DNA from: Naegleria gruberi
Lineage: Eukaryota
Assembly: GCA_000004985.1 (NCBI GenBank)
Contig: GG738851.1
Direction: 5' to 3' (one strand)
Length of the DNA: 64,000 bases
Position 1 is the stretch's first letter; each line of letters begins with the position of its first letter. Below are positions 40,424-54,200 of this stretch, piece by piece. The position numbers were made by a program, and so were the translations under genes. The notes under the pieces were generated by a model. That model was not told where the DNA came from. It made no database searches and saw only the letters and a list, made by a program, of their open reading frames with translations.

Positions 40424-41226
40424 ATGTTCAAACAAATCATCAGCACAAAACATCAACATTTTTCATCTTTATCATTAACTAGTAATTTATTCCGATGCTA
40501 TGCGACACAAACCAAGAGTTCGGGACGATGGCTAGATAGACAGAGGAGAGACACTTTTGTTAAACAAGCAAAAGCACAAGGATATAGATCCCGAGCTGGT
40601 ATGTTTTCCATGTAATATTTTGATGATGGAATAAATTAAAGCCTTTAAATTATTGGAAATTGATGAGAAATGGGGAAAATTCTTGGAAAAATCAAAAGTA
40701 ATAATTGACCTTGGAGCTGCACCTGGAAGTTGGTCACAAGTGGCTGCCGAAAAGATGAAATCTGGAGGAAAATTAATAACAATTGATATTCTCGATATGG
40801 AACCTTTAAAGAGTCCACCCAATAAGAATTTACAAATTATTCAATTGAAAGGAAAATTTGAGGACAGTATTCCTCAATTGAGGAGTTATTTAAACGAGGG
40901 TGAATTTGCCGATTGTTTACTTTCTGATATGGCTCCAAATACGAGTGGAGTTAAATCTCTAGATCACAATAGAATTATATTTTTGTGTAATACTTCGATA
41001 GATTTTGCTTTTGAGGTGTTAAAACCAGGTGGTTGTATGTTAATGAAAGTATGTATTGAATTGATTTTGATTACAAATTTTCAAATAGATTTTTAGTGGA
41101 CCAGAGGATGCTACATTAAAAAATGATTTAAAACAATATTTTGAGAATGTCAATTTTGTGAAACCTGCATCATCCAGATCTGAATCAAGTGAAGTTTATG
41201 TATTAGCAGAGGGTTTTAAATTATAA
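40424..41226 (+). CDS. FtsJ/RrmJ-family rRNA 2'-O-methyltransferase (mitochondrial MRM2-like), ~239 aa. Three exons: 40424..40598, 40642..41048 and 41089..41226, with introns of 43 and 40 nt.
   Basis: - N-terminal presequence-like leader: MFKQIISTKHQHFSSLSLTSNLFRCYAT.
- GYRSRAG|AFKLLEIDEKWGKF corresponds to E. coli RSRAWFKLDEI.
- SAM-binding motif: IDLGAAPGSWSQV.
- DMAPNTSG matches DMAPNMSG.
- C-terminal …KPASSRSESSEVYVLAEGFKL corresponds to E. coli KPDSSRARSREVYIVA.
- Donors are GTATGT and the exon sum is 720 nt, divisible by 3. Confidence 0.8.
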
Positions 41227-41263
41227 CGTTACGTATCATTTTTTAAATAAACTAATTTCAGAA

Positions 41264-42718
41264 CTATTCCCAACTATGATCTTTTTTTGATACTATATTT
41301 TTAAATTTTGTAATATCGTCGTTATTTTTACGCATTCCTGGATTGTTTTGGAGGAACGCAGTTTTGATTTTAGAATTTCCAATTAATTTTACACCATCAT
41401 AGCTAATTCCACAATTTCTTGCATTAAGCTCTTCTAAGGTCATTCTACTTAATATTTCGGCTCCTTTGTCTCCTATTGGATTGCCAACAATATTCAGGTT
41501 GATCAAATGGGGAGATTTTTGGAGAGATTCGATATCTCCAGAGCAATTACACCTCGAAACATTGAGAATTTCAATGCTATTCAGTTTACCGATAAATTCT
41601 ATTCCTTTATCACATATTGGTTTACCACTAAAATCTAAATGTCTCAAGTTGTGTAAATTAGTTAAATGCGCTATTCCTTGGTGATTAATTTCCATACCTT
41701 GATTGGCAATATCGACCTGTCTTTCGTTAAATCTTCTACCGGTTCCTCTCTCCACAGAAAGATAGGTCAAATTTCTTAGGGAAGATATTAAGAACAATCC
41801 CTCATTTCCAATATAATTATCACCCACATTGAGATGTACTAGTTTTGTTAATGAAGTTAGATGGGTTATACAATCATTTGTGATATTGCAATCTTGGAGA
41901 TTAAGATATTTCAAATTTGTAAGCAATGCAATAACTTTCATTCCATCTCCTCCAATATTATTTTTACTCAAATCCAGTTTAGTCAATTTGAATAATTGCA
42001 AAAATTTTAAATTTACACTACTAATGTTGCATTGACTTGCATTGAGATATGTTAAATTACTCAATGATCCCACAGATGTAATTATCATATTAATATTTTT
42101 AGAACATTGAATATTTAACTTGGTTAATTGGGAAAATGTAGAAATTGACTTTGCTTTTTCCCAATCATTGGATGAATCTGTTGAAATTTCCAATTCTGTT
42201 AACTTGGATAATACACTCAACTTTTCAAAGTATTCAGGGGGAAGTCTTGGATTTGGAAATCTTACTACAAAACTTTCCAAGTTTTTCAATTTACAAATAG
42301 TACCCACACGGATATCAGTAAATTGTGATTTTTCGTTAGGATTTTCTAATATCTCTAAATGCTTCAAATGATTCATTCGAGGGATCAATACAACTGTATT
42401 GAATCTAACTTTAAGACTCGTAATATTGTTCAAATAATAAATACTACCATAAGAGAGTGGCAACTCTCTAAGTAATGTCAACTCTTTCAATGCGGAGAGG
42501 TGACGCAATGCTTTTAATTCATCCACTGTTGGACATTGACTTAATTGAATGCCGAATGGCGCAATAATAAATGTACTTTGTTGACGAGCAGTCAATTGAT
42601 CACGTTTTTTCATTCTTTTAATAAAAGTAGGTAACATTCCCCTTCTAATTCTGAGTTTAACTTGGGCAGTTGTAAACCATTGTTTTGATACATAGATACA
42701 ATTTTTAAAAACGATCAT
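41264..42718 (-). CDS. Leucine-rich-repeat protein (RNI/RI-like LRRs, ~24–28-aa units), ~484 aa.
   Basis: - The unit LxxLxxLxLxxNxIGxxGxxxI recurs, for example LTKLDLSKNNIGGDGMKVIALLTNLKYLNLQDCNITNDCITHLTSLTKLVHLNVGDNYIGNEGLFLISSL.
- The ORF-track start (42739) is GTG, the first in-frame ATG is at 42718, and an upstream exon is not excluded. Confidence 0.65.
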   Translation of the reverse strand: MIVFKNCIYVSKQWFTTAQVKLRIRRGMLPTFIKRMKKRDQLTARQQSTFIIAPFGIQLSQCPTVDELKALRHLSALKELTLLRELPLSYGSIYYLNNITSLKVRFNTVVLIPRMNHLKHLEILENPNEKSQFTDIRVGTICKLKNLESFVVRFPNPRLPPEYFEKLSVLSKLTELEISTDSSNDWEKAKSISTFSQLTKLNIQCSKNINMIITSVGSLSNLTYLNASQCNISSVNLKFLQLFKLTKLDLSKNNIGGDGMKVIALLTNLKYLNLQDCNITNDCITHLTSLTKLVHLNVGDNYIGNEGLFLISSLRNLTYLSVERGTGRRFNERQVDIANQGMEINHQGIAHLTNLHNLRHLDFSGKPICDKGIEFIGKLNSIEILNVSRCNCSGDIESLQKSPHLINLNIVGNPIGDKGAEILSRMTLEELNARNCGISYDGVKLIGNSKIKTAFLQNNPGMRKNNDDITKFKNIVSKKDHSWE

Positions 42719-42944
42719 CAATAAAAACGACTTTGTCACTCCTGGGTTGACTTGGTGTTTTTTTAAATAGTGAACGTAGTTGTCTTAACATTTTTTTGAT
42801 TGTGATTTAATGAATATTAAACGATATAATCGGTAGCCTAATACCTAATTGATTAAAATCAATCTTCGTAGTAGTATCGATGTAAATTGTAAAAAACATA
42901 ATGATGAAATATAAAAATTATTTGATAAACACTTTTAATAAAAA

Positions 42945-43529
42945 ATGTTACCATCACAAACACATCTCAGGAGGAAAAGATTTCATGCGTGGGAATATTT
43001 AGAACATGATTTTCCATCGGATATTCTTGATTTTACAAATGAACAATTACCTAGTGGATTTGAATATTTAAAACAAGATAATTATTTCTTTTCGGAATTT
43101 GATATGGCTTTTCCGAGTGGAATTAGTGATGAAAGTTTACCTAATGATATACCAGACCAACTATTTGATGGAATTAATTTATGTGAGGAATTGTGGGAAA
43201 ACACTCTTCTTTGTCAACTAAAGAAAAAGTATGATAAATTTTGTCAAAAGGATATTGCTGCCTTTTTGAAATGTAAATTAAAGAGAGACCATCAGATTAG
43301 AATTAGAGCGATTGAATTTGAAACATTCAAAATGACACAAGAAAGTCAAAGTGAAATTTCTAAACGAAAGGAGCTAGTAGATAAAAAGATTACTCAAGTT
43401 GAAAATCAATTGGCAAATTCAATCAAGCCACCTTATAGAGATGTCTGCCAAGAACAATTACATTTAAATGATTTACAATTTTTAGAATTGAGAAAATATT
43501 ACATTGAAAAGTCTCTGAAATCAGATTAG
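42945..43529 (+). CDS. Hypothetical protein, 194 aa, of unknown function.
   Basis: ATG-initiated ORF in A-rich context (aaaaaATGtta). It has no recognisable motif and a C-terminal predicted helical/charged region. Confidence 0.45.
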   Translation: MLPSQTHLRRKRFHAWEYLEHDFPSDILDFTNEQLPSGFEYLKQDNYFFSEFDMAFPSGISDESLPNDIPDQLFDGINLCEELWENTLLCQLKKKYDKFCQKDIAAFLKCKLKRDHQIRIRAIEFETFKMTQESQSEISKRKELVDKKITQVENQLANSIKPPYRDVCQEQLHLNDLQFLELRKYYIEKSLKSD

Positions 43530-43744
43530 ATTCACCTTGTTTCCTCAATCAACATTTTGATTAAGCTTGGTAAAATAGGAATGTGGTATCGCGCAAGTAA
43601 TGATGAGATATTTAAATAATAAGAGATAATCGAGACTATAATAAAAATGATCTTTAGAACCATGTCACAATAGATAGCTAACCTCACAATAGATAAACTC
43701 TTCCAATTGGTCGTCTTGATGTGAGATCAGAAAGTCTTTGAAAA

Positions 43745-44801
43745 ATGTTGTTAACATTACAAGAGCTTTACAAATATTTAAGGTGCAATAATGAAAAAGA
43801 CCAAGAATTAAAAAAAATGATCAAACTAAACAGTCAAAATTTTGAAAATCACCAATTCATTAATTCGGAGGAAATATTCAATAATAATATTAATAATATG
43901 GAAGAGAAAGCAATAAAGCTTGTGAAACTCGAACAAGAAATATTTTCAGATGATATTTGTTTTGAAATAATTTCAATGCTGGATGATTCGTGGTTTATTT
44001 TGAATAATTGTTCCTTGATTTCAAAACAATTCTTTAACGTGATCAAGGAACGTTCAAAACTTTTTATTATATTTAAAAAGAAATTTACAGAGAAACGAGT
44101 TGAATTATTCATGAAAAGTCGATTTTTAAACAGTATTGTTAATGTTAAATTTGCAGCAAAGTTGTCTGAAGCCAAAGAAAAACTCAAATTCATTGATATA
44201 ACTTGTGAAATGAAACAATTAACATCACTTAATATTTCTCACCATCTAATTGGTATAGAAGGAGCTAAATTCATAAGTAAAATGAAACAATTAACATCAC
44301 TTGATATTGATTACAATCATATTGGTGTTGAAGGAGCAATATTTATAAGTGAAATGAAACAATTAATATTACTTGATATTCGTAGCAATCTAATTGGTAT
44401 GGAAGGAGCCAAATTCATAAGTAAAATGAAACAATTAACATCACTTAATATTGATTACAATCATATTGGTGATGAAGGAGCAAATGAAACAATTGACATC
44501 GCTTGATATGTATGACAATCAAATTGGTGATGAAGGAGCCAAATACATTAGTGAAATGAAACAATTAACATCACTCAATATTTGTTTCAATCATATTGGT
44601 ATAGAAGGATCCAAATTGATAAGTGAAATGAAACAATTAATATTACTTGATATTAGTGGCAATCTAATTGGTGATGAAGGAGCAAAATATATCAGTGAAA
44701 TGAAACAATTGACATCACTTGATATTAGTGGCAATCAAATTGGTGATGAAGGAGCCAACTACATTAGTGAAATGAAACAATTGACATCACTAAGAAAATA
44801 A
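43745..44801 (+). pseudogene. RI-type LRR protein gene built from ≥13 tandem 72-nt (24-aa) repeats (MKQLTSL[DN]I..N.IG.EGAK[FY]IS.). It is split into two overlapping ORFs by a 13-nt deletion inside one repeat (~44480). This is either a frameshifted pseudogene or an assembly/sequencing error in the repeat array.
   Basis: - ORFs 43745..44506 and 44451..44801 are in different frames.
- Every other unit reads ggagc(m)aaat(w)cat(w)agtgaaatgaaacaatt(r)acatcact.
- The broken unit reads ggagcaaatgaaacaattgacatcgctt, missing ~13 nt (aatatatcagtga). Confidence 0.6.
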
Positions 44802-45237
44802 GCTCATGTGGTATTGAAATAAAACACCACCATTGATAACCAAATGGGTACATATTCTTCATCCAAAAGGATGAGATATGTTGCATAGAATCAAAACTTT
44901 ATTCAACATTGTCAGAACTCAATAGTTGAAGAAACATCAACCTTTCTTGTTGAAAATTTACCTGAAATTGGAGCAATTTCTGAGCTATGGAGTGAGGCTA
45001 CTAGACATTTTTTAAGGCTTTTTGGAAACTGTCCTTAGTAACTGATGATAATTACTGCCATTTCGACTTCCGAGAATGAAGGTGAAAATTAAGTTTGTAA
45101 ACTGAGTGAGCCTGGTTTGACTCTCTATTATTTTCCAAACATTTATCCTCAGTATCAAATTATTCAATAGATTATTCTTTCAAGACCTCTCAAAGAACAG
45201 CCAAATATACAATGCAGTCCCATCAATCTTTTAAAAA

Positions 45238-48200
45238 ATGAGTGTCCCTAACAACCCTGTTGGAGAAATCAACAATAAGGACTCTCTAATAAGTCAGTGT
45301 ATAGAATACATAACCAATGTTGGTGTGCTACTCATCGATTGTGATAGGAATGACTTGAAAATACAATTTAGAAGTTTGGAGAAGAGAGAAATAATTTCTA
45401 CATTCTTGTTTGAACCTTCTCAGTCTGCCTTATTTCTTCAAAAGGCTCCGAAGAGTGAATCAACACCAACTGACTTGGAAATCAAGTCCAATAGTAATGG
45501 TTAGTATTTAGATCAATGTAAATATCTAAATCAAATAATAGAAGTAAAATATGATTATTATTGTATGCTGGAGATGAATTACAGGGATAAATCGGATGGA
45601 ATTTGCTTCATCAAAGGAGATAAGAAGGTTTTTACGGAACAATTATTGGAAGGAAAGAAATTGTCATCATTATTACAAGTGGTGGAAATCAAAAACGATC
45701 TAAATCCTTTTGAATTATTGAACACTTATATTTGTAGTGGATTTGAACCTTATTTTTCATCTTTCGAAAAAACTAAAAGAAATCAAAGAGACTTCAAGAC
45801 ATCAGTAATTTCCGATATTACGGAAAGTTTAAAATCTTTAAAACTTGCATTAAATCAAGTACAACAAGCCTATCAAATTCCCGAGGTGGACGTATTAAGT
45901 TTTGTTCATCAAGATGTAAAGGATATGGTTAAACAAGGAGCAACTTTGGATTCATTGAGTGACAAAATTACCAAGTTGAAGAATGAAACCAAATTAATTG
46001 AAGAAATTAGCAAAATGTCATTGAATTGTGCACACGAAATTAGAGGATTGACACAAAAAGCAGAGTAAGTTGAATATTAGAATTTAATTGTTTAATTTAT
46101 AATATTTAAAAAGAGAAATGAACATTCAGAGTGTTGCCCAAGAAATTAATTATTGGCACTCTTTGGAAAGAACTTTGTCAAATGTTGATCAACAATTGAA
46201 GAGCCAGGAAATAGTATTTACCTTGAATATTTTGAAAAATACAAGAAGAATGCAAGCTTTTACAGCTTTAAACACAACAGGAATAGAAGATGTACTGCAA
46301 AGAGCTAAAGAGTGTAACTCTCTTTTAGCAGATCTACCAATCAATGAATTACTCTCTGCTAAGGATATTGAGAAAATGACAGCAACAATTGCCCAAATGT
46401 TCACTCAGCTCAACAAATCAAAAATATATCACAATAAGGATTCATACCCTATGGAGCGTGCTGTTAAATTAGTAGAGGCTCTGTCAAGGGACGTGTCAGA
46501 AAAATTATTGGAAATTCTAAAATCATCACAAATAATGTTTCTCAATTTTGAAGATTTTGATAGAATAACGAAAAACTGTATTGATTTGTTTGCTACACTG
46601 GATTCGGATATTAAAACATTTACCAAGATTGCAAGTGATGTTGCTAGAAAGAAGCAAAAGACTGCTGTGGAAATGAGTAAATTAGAACATCTTCATTTAC
46701 AAAAAAGAATCGAGGAAATTAGAAATTTCAGAGTGCAACATGAGGAACTTAGAGTAGTTATTGAAAAAGTACTACCAACATCAAATTTCGATGTTAGAGA
46801 AACAAGTGCTTTGGATCAAGTTAATAAGGCTTTTGAAGAATTTAGAACTCTGGAAAATAAGGTATTTGACACTTCATTTGAAGGCCAACAAACTTGGAAG
46901 AGTGCAATTAAATCTTACAATGAAAAAATAGACAAAGCAGAGACTCAAATTACAAGAAAACTCACAGATCAATTAGGTATTGCAAAGAGTGCCAGTGAAA
47001 TGTTTAGAATTTTCTCCAAATTCAATCCTCTTTTCTACAAGCCAAGGATTAGAAGTGCAATTCAACAATATCAAGAGCAATTAGTAGAAAGAGTAAAGGT
47101 CGATATAACCAAACTAGAAGAAAAGTTCAAACAACACTACCCATACTCTGAAACCGAAAAGATGAGTAAGCTTAGAGATTTACCATCTGTATCAGGTTTC
47201 ATTATTTGGGCAAGGCAGATTGAAAAGCAATTAATTGCATACATGAAAAGAGTAGATGACGTTTTTGGAAATGGCTGGGATAGAATGAAAATTTTAAGAA
47301 AAAAGGATTGTCTTTGGACATTGAATGAATCTCTAGCAGAATTTATGGGAGTTCCTTTCTCTAAAATACAATCTAAAATAAGCAGCCATCCAGTTCTCTC
47401 GTTACTAACCAAACCAGAAACTACTGGTACCGCATTAGCTTTAGCTTTCCTTGAACTTGTATATACAGACTCAGAAACCCAATGGAAAGTTATGGCATCA
47501 GAAAGCAGAGAAATACTAAAGAGAGAAGTCGAAAAAACAAGACTTTCTGGTGATATTATTCAACATTGCAGTGAAATTTTGAAAGAAGAAAAGATTGGTG
47601 GTAGACATATCGAAGAAAACAATTTAAGGAAGGAAGGAGAGAAATTTAAGAACAAACTTCAAGGAAATATTTTCACTGTTCTAGAAAGATGGAATAATGA
47701 AGTCTTTGAGAAAATGTTTAAATGGAAAATATTCCACCTCTCAAATGATAGTCAGGTGTCTGTAAAGGGATTTATATTCGAAATTGTAAAAAATAAGGAA
47801 GAAAAATCCGATCTAAGAGTTAATTTTGATAAGGAAATAAGTACTTTAATCAAGGAAGTAAGAAATCTGTCTTCCCTTGATATGATTTCTAGAGTCAAAT
47901 CAGAAATTAAGATTGTAGCTATGGAGGCTTCTCACATACATCCTATAGCTGTATCTCTGTCAGAAAGTATTAAGATATTCAAGAAAGTCATGAAGGAAGT
48001 TGAGGATAGACCTTACGTTAAACCTTTAGCCTCAAAGTATTTGAACAGTATTTATGAAAAGCTTTCAGAAGGATTCAAACTATCTTGGAAGAGCACAAAA
48101 CTTGACAAATACGCCAAAGAACTGTACGAGGACGTCACAAAGTTTTCAAATCATATTCATGATTTACTTTTGGATGTGGATAAAATCTTCAAATTCTTGG

Positions 48201-51200
48201 ATACTCTCAAAACATGTAAATTACACAAGACTAGCTTTGAAGCTATTCTTTCAGATATTCAAAAAGTTATAGACTCTCTCGCTCTTACCGACGAATGTAG
48301 CAATCTCAAATCATGGGTAAATAGCATTAATACTCATATTGAGGAGATTTTATTGGCTAGATTAAACGAATTGTTGAAATTATGGCTTGCTGAATACAAT
48401 TCGATGACTGTTTCAACAGACTTGGGTAAACAGGAGGAAGAATTCGAGGAAGGTTATGAAAAACGTACTCCTCAATCAAAGGAATCTCCAGAAACAGAGG
48501 AAATCAAATCGATATTTGGACAACTTAGTATTTCCAAGTTTAAAGTTGATATCAAGCTTGTGAATCGATCGATGAAAGTTATACCCTCAGTTCATAGAGC
48601 TAAGTCATACTGGGCCTCAAGATTTAGTTTATGTTTGTCATGGATATGTGACTTGCATATTATTCAAAGTGACAGATATGATCAAGCTTTTACTTTAGAG
48701 AAGAGAAAAACTTACAAATATCTTCTTGAAAAAGTACCTCAAGCACTATTACAAACAGTATTCAATCTAATCTCTGCATCAACAAGGAGAGCTGACAAAT
48801 ACGTACAACAATGGTTACAATATCAAGCAATGTGGGAAATGGACATTAACTATGTAATGTCAGAAATCAGTTCCTTGGATTCTTGGGTTCAAATACTCAG
48901 AGATTTGTCTAAGTCTAAATTCATATCAGATAGTGATTCTTATTCCAAAGATTTTGGATCTATTGTTATTAATTACAGAGATGTTTATGAGAAGATTAAC
49001 ATGAAATATGATGATACGTTAAGACAAATGCTCTCCAAATTCTGCACAGAGCTTAAGGAATCTATGAAATCAACATTTGTTATTCTTTCCCAAGAGAGAA
49101 ATGAAGTAGAAACTTCCCGAGTTGAAAGAAGCACACAAGATGCTATCAAATTCCTAACTAAAATAAGATCTCTCAAAAAACAATTCCACACTTGGGAGTC
49201 AAATATCAATCTCTTTAAGGAAGGAGAAAAATTGATTCAAGAGTACAATTGTAAATTCCCAGAGGGATGGATTTTTGCCGATAACGTTGAAGGTGAATGG
49301 AATGCACTCAACCAGATAGTCAAACAAAAGAATGAATCTGTCAAATCCCTAAAGGATCAAATCACAAAGAACTTACTTAGTGACGAAAAGAAGTTATTTA
49401 CATATATTGGTCAATTTGTAGAGGAGTGGAAAACAAAGAGACCTTTGGAAGGAACTATTGAACCTTCTGAAGCTCTTAAGCAATTAGGAGCTCTAGAAGG
49501 AAAGCTCTCGCAACTAAAACAAGAATATAAGAGAATTAGAAAGAGTAGGGAAGCTTTAGATATGGAAGTTATCAAAATGGAGAAATTAGATTCATACGAA
49601 GAGGAGTTGAAGAATCTCAAAGACGTATGGGTCTCTATACAAAGTATTTGGGCAGAGCTCAGCGATCTACGAGAAATTCCGTTCAATAGTGTTATTTGCA
49701 AGACTGTTCAAAATAGACTTACAGAATTGGTAGATAAAATCAAGAAGTTCAATCCTTGGATGCTCACCTATGCATCAGTTGAAAATATTTTATCACAAGT
49801 TGAATTGCATTTGAAAGAAATGGCTATATTGAGATGCCTTAAGGAAGAAGGAATGAAAGAACGACACTGGATTGACCTAAGAAAACAAATTGGTACCAAC
49901 TGGGTACTAACAGAACTCACATTAGGAGATATTTGGAACAGCAAAATACTTGAACATGAACGAGTTATTAGATCAGTCCTAGAAAAAGCAAGAGGAGAAC
50001 TTGGTCTGGAAGTGTACTTGAATCAAGTTAGAGAATTATGGGCAGCGATGAAGTTCGAAGTTGCTAGCCACAATAACAAGGGTTATCTGATAAAATCCTG
50101 GGAAGATATAACTGGGCATATTTTGGATCACCTAAAGACGTTGTCTTCAATGCGGGCTTCTCCATTCTTTAAAACCTTTGAAGATGAATGTGTGTCTTTG
50201 GAAAGCAAGATTAACAGAATGAGAATAATGTGCGATCTATTCATGGATGTGCAAAGAGTTTGGGTTTACTTGGAAGGAGTATTCTCGAGTAACGTAGACA
50301 TTAGATATCAACTCCCAAAAGAAACTCAAAGATTCCAATCTGTTGAGCATGAATTTGTAACCCTTATGAGAAAAGTTCACTCTAATCCACTCTGTCTTGA
50401 AGTTGTAAATATTCCAAATATCACAAGCTCATTAGAAAGATTAACTGAACAACTTTCTAAAATTCAAAAGTCATTGGGTGAATATTTGGAAAAGCAAAGA
50501 GCAGCTTTCCCAAGATTTTACTTTGTTGGTGATGAAGATTTATTGGAAATTATTGGCAATTCAAATGACATTGAAAAATTACAAAAACATTTGAAGAAGA
50601 TGTTTGCGGGTATTTCTACTCTAGAGTTTACAAACTCGACGGTAACTTCTATGGTATCTAAAGAAGGTGAGATTGTTAAATTCCAAAATTCCTTAGAGTT
50701 AGATCCAAAAGAATCAATCCAGACATTTTTAGTAAATCTGGAGAAAGAAATGAGATGCACTCTTTCCTATCTCTTGGGAGAGGCATTCCAAAAATTCCAC
50801 ACCATCGTTGAAAACGAAAGCGGCTTGAATAATACAGACTTAGAAGAATGGATAAAGACATACCCAGCCCAGATAATTACAACTTCTATTCAAATTTGGT
50901 GGACCAAAGTTACAGAAGACCAGCTTTCTAATGAGTTCGATTTACAATCTGTACTGTTCAATGTGATGAGCCTTTTGGAAAAACTTGCAGAAATGTCCTT
51001 ATCCGCAAAGGATAATGTATTAACTCGAAAGAAATTTGAACACCTAATCACAGAACTAGTACACCAACGGGACGTACTCAAACAACTAATCTCTCAACAA
51101 GTTAGAGGAGCCAAGGATTTTTCTTGGCTTTATAACATGAGATTCTACTGGAATGCAAATTGCACAGACCCAGCAGAAAGACTTAATATTTCGGTGGCAA

Positions 51201-54200
51201 ATGCTAACTTTATTTACGGATTTGAATACTTGGGTGTTATTGAAAAACTAGTCCAAACACCTCTCACAGACAAGTGTTACTTAGCTTTAACGCAGGCTTT
51301 ACATTCTAGATTTGGTGGTTCTCCATTCGGTCCTGCAGGTACAGGTAAAACCGAAACTGTTAAAGCTTTGGGAGCACAACTTGGAAGATTTGTTTTAGTT
51401 TTCAATTGTGATGAAACTTTTGATTTCAAGGCCATGGGAAGAATATTCCTTGGTCTTTGTCAATGTGGATCTTGGGGATGTTTTGATGAGTTCAACAGAT
51501 TGAACGAAAAGATGATGTCTGCTGTATCTCAACAAATCCAAACAATTCAAATTGCCCTCAGAGATAGAAAAACTAGCATTGAGCTCATTGGAAGACAATG
51601 CTCTGTTCATGACAACACTGGTATTTTCATAACAATGAATCCGGGTTATGCTGGAAGATCTAACCTTCCTGATAACTTGAAGCAATTATTTAGAAATATT
51701 GCTATGGTTAAACCTGACAAGGAGTTGATTGCTCAAGTAATTCTATACTCACAAGGTTTCAAACTAGCAGAAGAACTTTCAAAGAAGGTAGTGCTTTTCT
51801 TTGATCTATGTAGAGACAAATTATCACACCAATCCCATTATGATTTTGGTTTGAGAGCTTTGAAGAGTGTACTTGTCAATGCTGGTTATTTGAAAAGAAA
51901 CTTTTCATCTACAAACATTGAGTCAAAGCATCTTATCCAGAGTATTCAAGATACTATAATTCCAAAACTTGTTGGTGATGACGTTTCACAACTCAAGTTC
52001 TTAATTTCCAATCTCTTCCCCGGTCTTGAAACTGTCAGCAATCCTCTCACTGAACTGAGACAATACATTTTCGAAATATGCAATTTGTATTCATATTTAG
52101 CAGACGAAAGATGGGTAGAGAAGATTGTTCAACTTTACAATATTCAAAACTTGCATCATGGTTTTATTTGTGTGGGTCCTGCAGCCAGTGGAAAAAGTTC
52201 TTGTTGGAAGATTTTGCTAAAGGCTTTAGAGAAACTAGATGGTATTAAAGGTAGATCTTATATAATAGATCCAAAGGCTATAACCAAAGATGAATTATAT
52301 GGTAGATTAGACTCTACTACAAGAGAATGGAGTGACGGTGTATTTACACAAATATTGAGAAAGATTGTCGACAACTCCCGAGGAGAAAGCACTCAAAGAC
52401 ACTGGATAATATTTGATGGTGATGTAGATCCAGAGTGGGTTGAAAACCTCAACAGTGTTCTTGATGACAATAAGCTTTTCACTCTTCCAAATGGTGAAAG
52501 ATTAGCCTTACCAGAGAATGTGAGAATTATGTTTGAAACTCAAGATTTAAAGTATGCAACCTTGGCCACAGTAAGTCGTTGTGGTATGGTATTCTTCAAC
52601 GATTCTATTTTATCCCACAAAATGATAATTCACCACTATTTGGATAAGTTATCAAGGGAAGGCTCAGATAATCCAAAATTATTGTTACAAAGAAAAATTG
52701 CCTCCATTCTCAGACCTTTCTTACTTGAAAGTGACTTGATTCAACAAATTGCAGACTTTGCACAAAAACAAGAACATATCATGGACTTTTCAATTATGAG
52801 GTCTCTTGATACAACATTTGCCCTCATAAATAAGGGAATCCAAACTGTATTTGAATACAATTGCAATCACTTGGACTTCCCTATCAGTGATGAATCACTA
52901 AAGAGATTTATAACCAACAAAATGGTTTTCTCCTTGTTATGGGGTTTCACTAGCTCATCCAACAATGCTAATAGAAAGAAATTTTCTCAATTCTTGACAT
53001 CTACTATTAGAAATGTGGATTTACCTAGGGATGTCAGTTTAACTGAATTTGAAGTCAGTATCCATGATGGAGAATTTTCTCCTTGGATAAGAAGAGTTCC
53101 AGAAGTAACTGTTGATTCAAATAAGATATTTGGAAACTCAATCATTCCAACTTTGGATACTCTTAGACATGATGATTTATTAGAGTCATGGATTCAAGAT
53201 CACAAGTCAGCAATTTTATGTGGTCCTCCTGGAAGTGGTAAAAGTATGATCATGACATCTGTCCTCAAATCCTTGACAAATTATGAGTGTTGTTACTTGA
53301 ACTTTTCTAGTGCATCAACTCCATCATTAATTCTCAAAACATTTGAACAATATGGTACTGTAAAGAATACATCAGAAGGTCTAGTACTTCAACCAAATCA
53401 AAATGGAAAGTGGCTAGTTGTCTTTTGTGACGAAATTAACTTGCCTTCCAATGACAATTATGGAACTCAGAGAGTTATTTCATTTATAAGGCAATTAGTA
53501 GAACACGGAGGATATTGGAGACCATCAGATCTATCATGGATAAAGTTGGAGAGAATAATGTTTGTTGGGTCTTGCAATCCACCAACTGATTCAGGAAGAA
53601 CACCAATGAGCCCTCGATTCTTAAGACATTGTCCATTGTTATTGGTTGATTTCCCAGAGGAAGAATCATTGAAACAAATCTATGGAACCTTTTCGAAGGC
53701 TCTTGTTAAAAACCATCCAAACTTAGCAAATATTCCAGAAGCCATCACTAACACCATGGTTGAATTTTATTCCAAATCTCAACAACATTTTACTGTTGAA
53801 AAGCAACCACATTATATTTACAGTCCAAGAGAACTTAGTAGATGGATAAGAGCTCTCCAAGAAGGTATAAAAGGTATTGCATACTTAACCTCAGAGGAAT
53901 TGGTAAGATTATTAGTGCATGAAGGATTGAGAATTTTCAGTGATAGACTTGTTCTTGATGAAGAAAAGGAATGGACTGATCAAACTCTGGATCAAACAAT
54001 TAGAAAATATTTTATTAATGTAAATGATTCATGCCTACACAGACCTATTCTATTCAGTAACTGGATTAATAAGTCTTACGTATCTGTTGATAGGGAAGAT
54101 TTGAGAAAATTTGTTGAATATAAGCTCAAAGCATTCTCAGATGAAGAATTGGATGTAAATCTTGTTATATTTGACTCTGTATTGGAACATATTTTAAGAA

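Noticed and set aside
43745-44801. Regularly spaced 72-nt direct repeats that might superficially suggest a CRISPR-like array or satellite.
   Set aside because: The repeats are in-frame coding LRR units (24 aa each) of a eukaryotic gene. They have no spacers or leader, and the genome is eukaryotic.
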